In this document: in pieces, positions 17,926 to 26,434 of the stretch
Layout of the letters: every line of letters begins with the position of its first letter
Numbering within the stretch: position 1 is the stretch's first letter
Assembly: GCA_964472315.1 (NCBI GenBank)
Contig: CAYYJS010000013.1
Location: 229 to 64,228 of the forward strand
Direction: 5' to 3'
From: an uncultured Victivallales bacterium
Lineage (GTDB): Bacteria > Verrucomicrobiota > Kiritimatiellia > UBA8416
Length of the DNA stretch: 64,000 nt
Notes under the pieces: generated by a model
Database searches by the model: none
Told to the model about the DNA's origin: nothing
Seen by the model: only the letters and a program-made list of their open reading frames with translations
Program-made: the position numbers and the translations under genes

Positions 17926-18046
17926 TTCGCACGACACCCATGACGTGCGGCAGAGTTTGTGCGACACCGGTGACGCACAAACGGGATTGTGCGACATGAA
18001 TGTCGCTCAAAAAGCGTTGAGCGACACGGCTGACGCACAAGGTTTG
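17926..18046. repeat. Tandem array of four 30-bp degenerate units, each carrying a short hairpin (gcgaca-N4-tgtcgc type)
   Basis: Units begin near 17927, 17957, 17987 and 18017. The consensus is ttg[t/a]GCGACA-nnnn-TG[A/T]CGC-[a/t]caa-n6. There are no spacers between units. The array ends 15 bp before the abiEii stop codon. Confidence 0.6.
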
Positions 18047-18060
18047 TTGAGGGAAAGGGG

Positions 18061-19083
18061 CTACTTTCTGTTGATGGCGAGTTCCGCCTCGAGCAACGTG
18101 GCGATGATGGCATCAAAGTCGGGTGGCGGCGACAGGAACATGGGTTCCATGGCGGCGTAGTCGCGGCGCAGCTCGGGGAGACGGGCGGCGGGGGGCACGA
18201 GGCGCAGTGTACCGGGAACGGCTGTTTCGAAGTGGGCCCAGCTTGAGGCGAAGAAGCGGCTCTTGTGAATGCGGACGCGTTCCAGCAGATCGAGGGAGTC
18301 GGCGGCGGCGCGACCACCGGGGTGTCTCCAGAGCGCGGCGAAGTCGGCGTAGTGGCGGGCGAACCGATCGCGGAGCGGCTGGTTGGCCGGCCGGTGGTAT
18401 TCGGCATGCAGGATGGTGGCCTTTTCCCAGAACGTGCGCTCGATTTCAAGGGCCACGACCTCGGCATGGAAGTCGTCAAACGCATCGGGCGCCAGCTCGG
18501 CGACAAAGGGCGTGATCACATGTGTGCCGGTGGGACGCTGGTCCGTCAGCGATCCGAACTCCATCTTGACGAGGGGCGGAATGTAGGAGCCGGGCGCGAC
18601 CGCTCGCGGATAGGGAAACAGGATCACCGGAGATTGAGATACAGCGTCGAGCTCGAAGCTCAACCAGTGGCCTGTTTCGGGATGGGTGCCCAGGGCGGAG
18701 GTGACGACGGCTTCCAACTCGGGCGTGAAGCGGGCGTTCACCGCGCCAGCGCAATCGGCCTGGAGTTCCTTGTTGCGCTTCAGGCGTTGCGAATTGGAGG
18801 GGGCGTCGTCCAGGTCGGCTTCCTTCCAACCGAGCGAGGCGGGCGTGAGTCCGAGGTCGATGTCCTCGGAAAAGCGGTCGATGGCGCCAAAGACCTTTGA
18901 GAGTGACGTGCCGCCCTTGAAAACGCATTCCGCTCCGAGCTGGGGCGTGGCGAAAATGTGGCCGAGCAACCAGCAGACCCAGAAGTCCTTCTCGACGATA
19001 AACTCCGGCACGCCGGTACGGTTGGCATGGTTCCGCCAGTAGAGGGCGCGCTCTTCGGACGGGAGTAAGGCAAAGGATTTCAC
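18061..19083 (-). CDS. AbiEii/AbiGii-family nucleotidyltransferase toxin (DUF1814), type IV toxin-antitoxin system
   Basis: 340 aa with FKGGTSLSKVFGAIDRFSEDIDLGL, the DUF1814 nucleotidyltransferase motif. Its start overlaps the upstream abiEi-like gene by 4 nt. Confidence 0.75.
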   Translation of the reverse strand: MKSFALLPSEERALYWRNHANRTGVPEFIVEKDFWVCWLLGHIFATPQLGAECVFKGGTSLSKVFGAIDRFSEDIDLGLTPASLGWKEADLDDAPSNSQRLKRNKELQADCAGAVNARFTPELEAVVTSALGTHPETGHWLSFELDAVSQSPVILFPYPRAVAPGSYIPPLVKMEFGSLTDQRPTGTHVITPFVAELAPDAFDDFHAEVVALEIERTFWEKATILHAEYHRPANQPLRDRFARHYADFAALWRHPGGRAAADSLDLLERVRIHKSRFFASSWAHFETAVPGTLRLVPPAARLPELRRDYAAMEPMFLSPPPDFDAIIATLLEAELAINRK

Positions 19084-19709
19084 GGGGTGCCCTCCTCCCG
19101 GCCGATCGCCCTGAAGTAGGAGTGCATCCAGGCCGGGGCGAGCGTGATGTCGGCAAGCAACTGGCGGCGATCATCAAGAGAAAGCAGCTTGTGCAGGTGC
19201 GCCACCCTGTCGGGCGTGATGTTTGCTTTGCCGACATAGCGCAGCGCCGCGATGACGAGACCAGTCATCCTGCCGGAGGCGGCCATCATGCGTGGCGAGG
19301 CCTGGCGCAGTTCGATGGTCTGGTTCCCGTAGCGCAGCTTGCGTGGTTTTCCGTCGGTCAGGAAGACCACGCGGGCCGGGACCTGCTCAGAAAGACGCAA
19401 GAGGTTGGCCGCATAGCCGCCAAACGGTTGAAGCTTTACGTGATCGCGGTCAGCCAGCGCTTTGGCTACGGCCTCCACGGGTGGCAGAATATCTCCCAGG
19501 ACGGGGTGTGTCTTGGGCTGGTAGTACAGCCCCCGGGCGAGTCGCCGCAGGAAGCCGGACGCCACCAGGCGGGACAACGCCTTGTCAACCGCTGTGCGCG
19601 TATCCAAGTCGAGAAAACGCCCCGCATGGAACACCGTATCGGGGCCAGTCTTTTCGACCCGCCAGCGGATGCGGTCCGCCGTACTGTCGTGTGTCTTGGG
19701 CCTAGCCAT
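19080..19709 (-). CDS. AbiEi-family antitoxin/transcriptional regulator (type IV toxin-antitoxin system)
   Basis: About 209 aa, directly upstream of and overlapping abiEii. Its size and the positively charged C-terminal domain are consistent with AbiEi. ATG at 19709 (MARPKTHD…); the ORF could extend to TTG at 19748. Confidence 0.6.
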   Translation of the reverse strand: MARPKTHDSTADRIRWRVEKTGPDTVFHAGRFLDLDTRTAVDKALSRLVASGFLRRLARGLYYQPKTHPVLGDILPPVEAVAKALADRDHVKLQPFGGYAANLLRLSEQVPARVVFLTDGKPRKLRYGNQTIELRQASPRMMAASGRMTGLVIAALRYVGKANITPDRVAHLHKLLSLDDRRQLLADITLAPAWMHSYFRAIGREEGTP

Positions 19710-19711
19710 TA

Positions 19712-19741
19712 CGTCAGATAATGTGTCCGCTTTTTCTGACG
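19712..19741 (-). promoter_or_regulatory. Inverted repeat cgtcaga-N16-tctgacg abutting the abiEi start; candidate AbiEi autoregulatory operator
   Basis: Perfect 7-bp arms at 19712-19718 and 19735-19741, 2 nt upstream of the ATG at 19709, or inside the coding region if TTG 19748 is the start. AbiEi antitoxins are known to bind inverted repeats in their own promoters. Confidence 0.4.
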
Positions 19742-19838
19742 ATATCAACTCAGAAATGCGGCAAATTACAGGGCCCTTACAGTGGGCAATGGGGTCAACC
19801 CTTGGGGCGATGTTGGCGGGACATCGGAGTCATCCCTT

Positions 19839-19878
19839 GAGTATTGATAAAGTGGTTAACGCTGTCCGGCGTCATGGG
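19839..19878. repeat. 40-bp direct repeat, copy 2
   Basis: See copy 1 at 6124-6163. It lies about 130 bp upstream of abiEi. Confidence 0.75.
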
Positions 19879-20287
19879 CTATTTCTCGTGGCGTCATGGC
19901 CAGGAAACTTCGCGTGCCGTTCGTGGCAATCCCTTCGACTACCTCACCACGCTCCGCCGTCACATCCGCCGCGTTCGCGACGATCCCGCCGCCTGGATGC
20001 CCTGGAACCTGGCTGCCGTGCACCGAAGAAACACGGCCACACACGCTTACCGAAGGGACACGGGGGCGCGCCAGAACACCACCCATTCGGCGTTCTCCGC
20101 GTGCCTCGCCTCCCCCGCAGCAGCACTCGAAGCCCCCTCATCTTCCAAAAGAATCAGTCATGCCTCCGAGGATGGGAAAAGCTTGGCGTGTGACATTGCC
20201 CCGCCATTGCCTTTAGTTTGATACGAAATACATTGGCGCCCTATTCGTCTTGGCGCGTTCCACACCTTCTGGTACATTTTCAGTGCG

Positions 20288-20691
20288 ATGAAGCTGGACC
20301 GTGAAAAGCTGGTGGTGGTGGATCTCCACGGGAGCGCCGAATCGTCCGATCGGGCGTACTGGCGCGACAAGACGCCGATCGAGCGACTGCGCGCCGTACG
20401 TGTTGACCGGCAGGTGGCCTATGGACGAGCAAGTACGTCCCGACGACTTCAGAGAGTTCTTGAAGTTGCTGAGCGAGGCTGAGGTCCAGTACCTTCTGAT
20501 CGGCGGGTACGCCGTGGGGCTCCGATTGCTATGCGGACCGTGTCACAACGGAGATCGACGGCCAAAGCGTGGACCTGATTTCCCGCACGCATCTCCGCAT
20601 GAACAAGCGTGCCTCGGCTCGACACAAAGATCTCGATGACCTGGAGCACATCCCGGAAGACGAGGGGAACACGACTGCCGGAAGAGACTGA
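20288..20691 (+). pseudogene. Frameshifted nucleotidyltransferase-family gene, disrupted by at least 2 frameshifts
   Basis: Three pieces in three frames. MKLDREKLVVVDLHGSAESSDRAYWRDKTPIERLRAVRV is in one frame. DDFREFLKLLSEAEVQYLLIGGYAVG is in a second. IDGQSVDLISRTHLRMNKRASARHKDLDDLEHIPEDEG is in a third. Together they reconstitute a typical ~130-aa nucleotidyltransferase (NTase)-fold protein. Confidence 0.55.
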
Positions 20692-20709
20692 GAACAACGG
20701 TACAGGAGA

Positions 20710-21555
20710 GTGGAGATGGCAGCGGAACGCTACATCGTCGGGATCTATAATTACTGCGACTATTGGTGCGAACGCTGCGCCTTTACCCGGCGGTGCCGTA
20801 ATTACGTTTCCGACCGCGCGGAGAGGGGGCAAGCCCGATCCGGTGACGAGGCATCGCCACCGGATGCCGATGCAACGAATGCAACGTTCTGGGATGCCCT
20901 GGCGGAGCGGCTTCGAGAGATCTCAGTCTTCGGGAAACCCGAACCTTCTGCCTTGGAGCCTCCGGCTGATGAATTTGGCCCTGATGACGCCCCGGATGAC
21001 GCATGGCTGGAGCAGGAAACGAAGAGCCGCGAGGAAGCAAGGCGTCATCCGCTTGCCATTCTGTCGCACGATTACATGATGAAGGTGCATGAATGGCTCA
21101 AGACGGCTGATGGTGATTTGAAAGTCGTTGCCCGCAGTCTGCTCGAAGACGCGACCAATCCGTTCGTCGAGGACGATGTTGAAGAACAAGCACGCGAAAT
21201 TGGGGAGATGATCGACGTTGTGGCCTGGTATCACACCTTGATCCCCGCCAAACTGGGGCGGGCCGTCCGCGGGATTATGGAGCGTGCCGAAGGGGCGGGC
21301 GAGTATGCGGCGATCATCGCCGAATCGCGTTGTTCGGATGCCAGCGGCTCCGGGAAGGTCGCCTTGATTGGTGTTGAGCGCTCGATCGCCGCCTGGTTGA
21401 AATTGCGCGACATCCTGCCCGCGAAGGAAGATAGCATCCTCTCCATGCTGGCGATGCTTAATCGGATACGTCGCCGAATTCAGATTGACCTGCCGGATAG
21501 CGTGACGTTTCGCCGTCCGGGATTTGACGGCGATGATGTCGGGCTATTCGATTGA
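20710..21555 (+). CDS. Hypothetical protein with an N-terminal Cys cluster (CDYWCERCAFTRRC) and an acidic linker
   Basis: 281-aa ORF with coding-like composition. No family recognised. Confidence 0.4.
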   Translation: MEMAAERYIVGIYNYCDYWCERCAFTRRCRNYVSDRAERGQARSGDEASPPDADATNATFWDALAERLREISVFGKPEPSALEPPADEFGPDDAPDDAWLEQETKSREEARRHPLAILSHDYMMKVHEWLKTADGDLKVVARSLLEDATNPFVEDDVEEQAREIGEMIDVVAWYHTLIPAKLGRAVRGIMERAEGAGEYAAIIAESRCSDASGSGKVALIGVERSIAAWLKLRDILPAKEDSILSMLAMLNRIRRRIQIDLPDSVTFRRPGFDGDDVGLFD

Positions 21556-22315
21556 CATGACGACGGGAGGTTACCGCCTGATCATGGACGTGGACAACAC
21601 GCTCAACAAGCCATAGGGTCATGTCTTTCTAGGGTCAATGGAATCCGTTCCGTGGAGGCGCGGATGATCGACCTGCTCGTACGCGAGATCAAGGCCGCCG
21701 AGGCCCCGCGCGAACAGTTCGAACGGTTGGGGCTTCAGGCGGGATGAACGGCCGTCGGACGCCTACTCGACCGTCAGGATGCGGCGTACGGGCACGGCCT
21801 CCTGTACATGCGGTTCGATGTGGCTGCCGAACTGGCAGGCCGTGACCGCGATCCGCAGCGGGAAGGTCGCCCGCGCCGGGGTCTCGGCGAGCGCCAGTCG
21901 GTTGCCGTCGCGGATCGCGGCCGGCCCGTATTCGACGGTGAAGCGCACCGGCAGTCCGGCGCTGCTCGTGGCTTGCAGGGCGAGCGGGAAAGCGTCGCGC
22001 TTCACGACGCCGATGTCCGGGAAGTCGAGGCTCTGGGCCGGCAGCCCGCGTTGCAAAGTTCTTCCTGCCCGACCACCCCGGTCAACTGCTTGTCTCGCTG
22101 TTCGTCCTCCTGCCCATCGTTTTGGTCTTTGGCTTCATCTCTCTCTTCCGGACTGAGGGTCCAGTCCGCTCGCTTGCTTTCTTGGTGGATGCTTCCCGCA
22201 TCCGCAACGCTTACGTCCGTGTTGTTTTATGTCCTCGTAACTTTGGTGCGGAGGACACTCTCAACGTAATGGGGTAAGAGAAGGGCCGACAGCCGACACG
22301 CATTGGCGCCGACCG

Positions 22316-22651
22316 TCAGATCGGGCGGTTCGCGGCGTCGAGCACGATGACGCAGGGTTTGTGCGTCGCGACTTCCTCGGGCGACAGGAGGACGAACGAG
22401 AAGACGATCAGACGGTCGCCGACGGCGCCCTTGTGGGCCGTGGCGCCGTTGAGGCAGATCGTGCCGGACCCCGGCGCGTCCGGAATGGCATAGGTCTCGA
22501 AGCGTTCGCCGTTGGCCATGTTCGCGACCAGAATCTTCTCATACGGCAGGATGCCGACTTTGTCCATGAGCGCCCGGTCGATCGTCAGACTGCCTTCATA
22601 CTCCAACGCGCATTCGGTGACGCGCGCATGATGGAGCTTCGCCTTCAACAT
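22316..22651 (-). CDS. panD: Aspartate 1-decarboxylase
   Basis: MLKAKLHHARVTECALEYEGSLTIDRALMDKVGILPYEKILVANMANGERFETYAI…GSGTICLNGA matches PanD closely. About 111 aa, starting at the internal Met of the longer ORF. Confidence 0.85.
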   Translation of the reverse strand: MLKAKLHHARVTECALEYEGSLTIDRALMDKVGILPYEKILVANMANGERFETYAIPDAPGSGTICLNGATAHKGAVGDRLIVFSFVLLSPEEVATHKPCVIVLDAANRPI

Positions 22652-22855
22652 GATGAGCTGCACAGTTTCGTCCTCCGCTGGATGTAATCGATTCGGGCAA
22701 CCATACGGGAATGCGGGGCGTGACGCAAGAATGCGAATCGGCAGCATCCGTTTGGGATGCGGAATACCGGAGCGAAACCGTGCCGGCGGATGCCGCGGAG
22801 GTGTTCCGCCGCAGTCAACGGCTGTGTCCGCCACGCGCCATCATGGCGATCGACG

Positions 22856-22892
22856 GCTGAATCGGCGCCATCGTTCGCGATGGCGATTCAGC
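22856..22892. other. Stable imperfect hairpin (15 bp, one 3-nt bulge) in the panD-mgtE divergent intergenic region; possible leader regulatory structure
   Basis: gctgaatcggcgccatcg-ttcg-cgatggcgattcagc. It is preceded by the palindrome gccatcatggc (22838-22848), which shares cgccatc/gatggcg with the hairpin, so alternative pairings are possible. Confidence 0.35.
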
Positions 22893-22982
22893 TCTTGCGT
22901 TCACGCGTCGACCCTCCATAATCCTGATTCGACCGCGGAAACCGTGCGGGAGCTTCCGTCAGTCGGAAGCGTCTGGAGACCC

Positions 22983-23969
22983 ATGCTGACGAAGGCGCAC
23001 CTCGACGATTCGATCATCCGACATGTCCGCACCGACTATGTCGCGCTCGACCGGGACCTCACGATCCGCCAGGCGCTCGACGAGATCCGGCGGTACGGTC
23101 CGGGCGACAACCCGATCTACTTCTACGTCGTCGATGACGAGAAGCGTCTGGTCGGGGTGTTGCCGATCCGGTGCCTGCTGACGCTGCCGCTGGAGACCCG
23201 GATCGGCCAGTGCATGCGCGGCAAGGTGGTGGCCATCCCGGACAGTTTCACGGTGATGGACGCGTGCGAGTTGTTCGTCATGCACCGCTTCCTGGCGCTC
23301 CCCGTGGTGGATGGCGCGCGGCGCGTGCTGGGGGTCGTCGACGTGGCGTTGCTGACCGACGAGATGTTCAACGTGCACGAGCGCGAGGAGATGGACGCCT
23401 TTTTCGAGACGCTCGGCGTTCGGTTGTCCCAGGTCCGCGACGCGACGCCGTGGAAGGCTTTCCGCGCGCGCTTCCCCTGGATGGTGGCGACGATCGTCAG
23501 CGGGTTGCTCTGCGCGGTGGTAGCCGGCGCGTTCGAGTTGACGCTGGCCAGGAGTCTGGTTCTGGCGCTCTTCCTGACCTTGCTTCTGGGGCTCGGCGAG
23601 AGCGTCAGCGTTCAGACCATGACGATCATGGTGTACCGCCTGCGCGGCGAGCGGCCGGGGTGGCGCTGGTATCGGACGATTCTGCGCAAGGAAATGCTCG
23701 GCACGCTGCTGCTCGGCGCGGCCTGCGCGGCGGTGGTGGCGAGTTTCGTCCTGCTGTGGAAGGGCGACCCGGCGGTGGCGGCGGTCGTGGGCGGCGGCAT
23801 CGTCGCCGCGGTGGCCGGGGCGTGCTTTGTCGGCGTGAGCGTGCCGAGTCTGCTGCACGTGCTGAAACTCGACTTGAAAATCGCGGCCGGACCCGTGACG
23901 TTGGCAACGGTAGACGTGTGGACCATCGCTTCCTATCTCACACTCGCCACACTGGTTCTGGGACGTTGA
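22983..23969 (+). CDS. mgtE: Magnesium transporter MgtE (CBS pair + MgtE transmembrane domain)
   Basis: The CBS region (FYVVDDEKRLVGVLPIRCLL…LPVVDGARRVLGVVDV) is followed by five hydrophobic segments with MgtE-like motifs. Start taken at MLTKAHLDD. Confidence 0.7.
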   Translation: MLTKAHLDDSIIRHVRTDYVALDRDLTIRQALDEIRRYGPGDNPIYFYVVDDEKRLVGVLPIRCLLTLPLETRIGQCMRGKVVAIPDSFTVMDACELFVMHRFLALPVVDGARRVLGVVDVALLTDEMFNVHEREEMDAFFETLGVRLSQVRDATPWKAFRARFPWMVATIVSGLLCAVVAGAFELTLARSLVLALFLTLLLGLGESVSVQTMTIMVYRLRGERPGWRWYRTILRKEMLGTLLLGAACAAVVASFVLLWKGDPAVAAVVGGGIVAAVAGACFVGVSVPSLLHVLKLDLKIAAGPVTLATVDVWTIASYLTLATLVLGR

Positions 23970-24076
23970 CGCCGGGATGCCGGAAGGAGGATGTGTTGCC
24001 GACAAACCACGGGCATTTCACGAAGGACGGCCGGGAGTACGTGATCACCGTCGGCTAGGTTGACAAGACCGCGGCG

Positions 24077-24577
24077 ATGCTGGTACTAAGGGGCTTACGT
24101 ATGACGATGTCCGAATTCACGCAAACCCCTGTGTCGGCGGTGGTGTGGCCGTGGCCGCTGGCCGCCGGCACGCCGTCGGCGGTCCATGTCGCAAACGCCG
24201 CCCTGCGCCGTCAGGCCGCGGTGCGCGGCGCGGTGGCCGTGACGATCGGCTGCATCCTGTCGGTCTTCGCCGCGACCCGCCACCTGGGCGTTGTAATCGC
24301 CGGCGTGGGCGGCGCGGTCGGGTTACTCGGGGTCGCCCTGCCGCCGGCATTCGCCCGGTTGGACGCCGGCCTGCACGTATTCGGCCGATGGGTGGGTGTC
24401 GCCTTGAGCTGGGTGCTGCTGGTGCCGTTCTTCATCCTCGTCATGTGCTTCGGACGCCTCGTCTTGACGCTGCGCGCGCGGGATCCCCTGCGCCGCGGCC
24501 GCGAACCCGACCGGGCGTCCTATTGGGATGACGCGCCCGCCCCCGTCGGCGCCGTCCGCTACCGGAATCAATACTAA
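24077..24577 (+). CDS. Small polytopic membrane protein, SxtJ-like by context
   Basis: 166 aa with 3-4 predicted transmembrane segments. It sits immediately upstream of the carbamoyltransferase, mirroring the sxtJ-sxtI-sxtK arrangement; its sequence identity to SxtJ was not checked. Confidence 0.35.
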   Translation: MLVLRGLRMTMSEFTQTPVSAVVWPWPLAAGTPSAVHVANAALRRQAAVRGAVAVTIGCILSVFAATRHLGVVIAGVGGAVGLLGVALPPAFARLDAGLHVFGRWVGVALSWVLLVPFFILVMCFGRLVLTLRARDPLRRGREPDRASYWDDAPAPVGAVRYRNQY

Positions 24578-24580
24578 CCC

Positions 24581-26407
24581 ATGAACATCCTCGGCATCAG
24601 CGCCTTCTACCATGACTCGGCGGCCGCGCTCGTGCAGGACGGCAGGATTGTCGCCGCGGCCCAGGAGGAGCGCTTCACGCGCAAGAAACACGATTTCGGG
24701 TTCCCGATTCACGCCATCCGCTACTGTCTGGCCGAGGGCGGGGTGACCAAGGGTGGCGTCGACACGGTCGTCTTCTACGACAAGCCGATCACCAAGTTCG
24801 AGCGCATCCTGAAGACGTACTTCTCCGTGGCGCCGAAAGGACTGCGGTCCTACATGATGGCGATGCCGCTCTGGCTGCGGGAGAAGCTCTGGATTCCGTA
24901 CGAGATCGAGTCCGCGCTCGACCGCGCGGGGCTGGGCGAACCGGGCGAGATCCTGTTCGCGCAGCACCATGAATCGCACGCGGCCAGCGCCTTCTACCCG
25001 TCGCCGTTCGAGTCCGCGGCCATTCTGACGGTTGACGGCGTCGGCGAATGGGCGACCAGCACCATCGGCCACGGACGGGCGAACTCGCTTCAACTTCTCA
25101 AGGAACTCCGTTTCCCGCATTCGCTGGGGTTGCTGTACTCGGCCTTTACCTACTTCACCGGTTTCCGGGTCAACTCGGGCGAGTACAAGCTGATGGGTCT
25201 GGCGCCCTACGGCGAGCCAAAGTACGTCGGCGCGATCAAGGACAACCTCGTCGACCTGCGTGACGATGGCTCGTTCCGGCTGAACCTGGACTACTTCGGG
25301 TATCTCGACGGGCTGACGATGACCAACCAGCGGTTCGCGGCGTTGTTCGACGGCCCCGCCCGCTCGCCGGAGTCGGCCATCACCCGGCGCGAAATGGATC
25401 TGGCGCGTTCGATTCAGGTGGTGACCGAGGAGATCGTCGCGGCTATGGCACGCACGGCCAAGGCGCTGACCGGCGAGCGGAACCTGTGCATGGCCGGCGG
25501 CGTCGCGCTCAACTGCGTGGCGAACGGGAAACTGCTGGCGGCCGGGGTGTTCGACGATATCTGGATCCAGCCGGCGGCCGGCGACGCCGGCGGCGCGCTC
25601 GGCGCGGCGCTGCACGTCTGGCATGCGGTTCAGGGCAACGCTCGCACCGTCGACGGCAAGGATCGGATGCGCGGCGCCTACCTCGGTCCGGCCTTCGAGG
25701 ACGACGAGATCGGCGCCTACCTCCAGGCCAACGGGTATCCCGCGGAGTTCCTCGATGCCGCGGCCTGGCCGACACGCGTGGCCGGGATCGTCGCCGAGCA
25801 GAACGTCGTCGGGCTGTTTCACGGCCGCATGGAGTTCGGACCGCGCGCGCTGGGCAACCGCTCGATCATCGGCGATGCGCGCTCGACCGAGATGCAGTCG
25901 GTGATGAACCTCAAGATCAAGTACCGCGAGTCCTTCCGTCCGTTCGCGCCATCGTGCCTCGAAGAGCGCGTCGGCGACTTCTTCGAACTGGACCGGCCGT
26001 CGCCCTATATGCTGCTCGTCGCCCCCGTACGCGCGTCGCGCCTGCTCCGGAACGATGCCGGGCGCGACTTGCCCCTGCGGGAATGGGTGAACGTGCCGCG
26101 CTCGGATGTGCCGGCCATCACCCATGTCGACTATTCGGCGCGCGTGCAGACAGTCAACCGCGACACCAACCCGCGCTACTACGATCTGATCAAAGCTTTC
26201 GAGGCGCGGACCGGCTGCGGCATCGTCATCAACACGTCGTTCAACGTTCGCGGCGAACCGATCGTCTGCACGCCGGCGGATGCCTACCGCTGTTTCATGC
26301 GGACTGAGATGGACTACCTCGTGCTGGGCTCCTACCTGCTGGACAAACGCCGGCAGCCCGCGTGGAAGGAAAGCAAGGATTGGCGCAACGAGTATGCCCT
26401 CGACTGA
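24581..26407 (+). CDS. Carbamoyltransferase (NodU/CmcH family)
   Basis: 608 aa. MNILGISAFYHDSAAALVQDGRIVAAAQEERFTRKKHDFGFP is the canonical carbamoyltransferase N-terminus. Confidence 0.85.
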   Translation: MNILGISAFYHDSAAALVQDGRIVAAAQEERFTRKKHDFGFPIHAIRYCLAEGGVTKGGVDTVVFYDKPITKFERILKTYFSVAPKGLRSYMMAMPLWLREKLWIPYEIESALDRAGLGEPGEILFAQHHESHAASAFYPSPFESAAILTVDGVGEWATSTIGHGRANSLQLLKELRFPHSLGLLYSAFTYFTGFRVNSGEYKLMGLAPYGEPKYVGAIKDNLVDLRDDGSFRLNLDYFGYLDGLTMTNQRFAALFDGPARSPESAITRREMDLARSIQVVTEEIVAAMARTAKALTGERNLCMAGGVALNCVANGKLLAAGVFDDIWIQPAAGDAGGALGAALHVWHAVQGNARTVDGKDRMRGAYLGPAFEDDEIGAYLQANGYPAEFLDAAAWPTRVAGIVAEQNVVGLFHGRMEFGPRALGNRSIIGDARSTEMQSVMNLKIKYRESFRPFAPSCLEERVGDFFELDRPSPYMLLVAPVRASRLLRNDAGRDLPLREWVNVPRSDVPAITHVDYSARVQTVNRDTNPRYYDLIKAFEARTGCGIVINTSFNVRGEPIVCTPADAYRCFMRTEMDYLVLGSYLLDKRRQPAWKESKDWRNEYALD

Positions 26408-26434
26408 AGGGCGCACGGACAAGAAGGGGATGCG

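Noticed and set aside
17926-18046. Possible CRISPR array
   Set aside because: The repeats are directly adjacent with no unique spacers. The units are degenerate, and there are no cas genes anywhere in the window.
22653-22834. N-terminal 61-codon extension of the panD ORF
   Set aside because: PanD homologs start at MLKAKLHHARV. The extension is Pro/Arg-rich and overlaps the divergent intergenic leader.
22652-22982. M-box (ykoK) Mg2+ riboswitch upstream of mgtE
   Set aside because: I could not find the conserved M-box core sequence elements, so I report only generic hairpin and alternative pairing potential.
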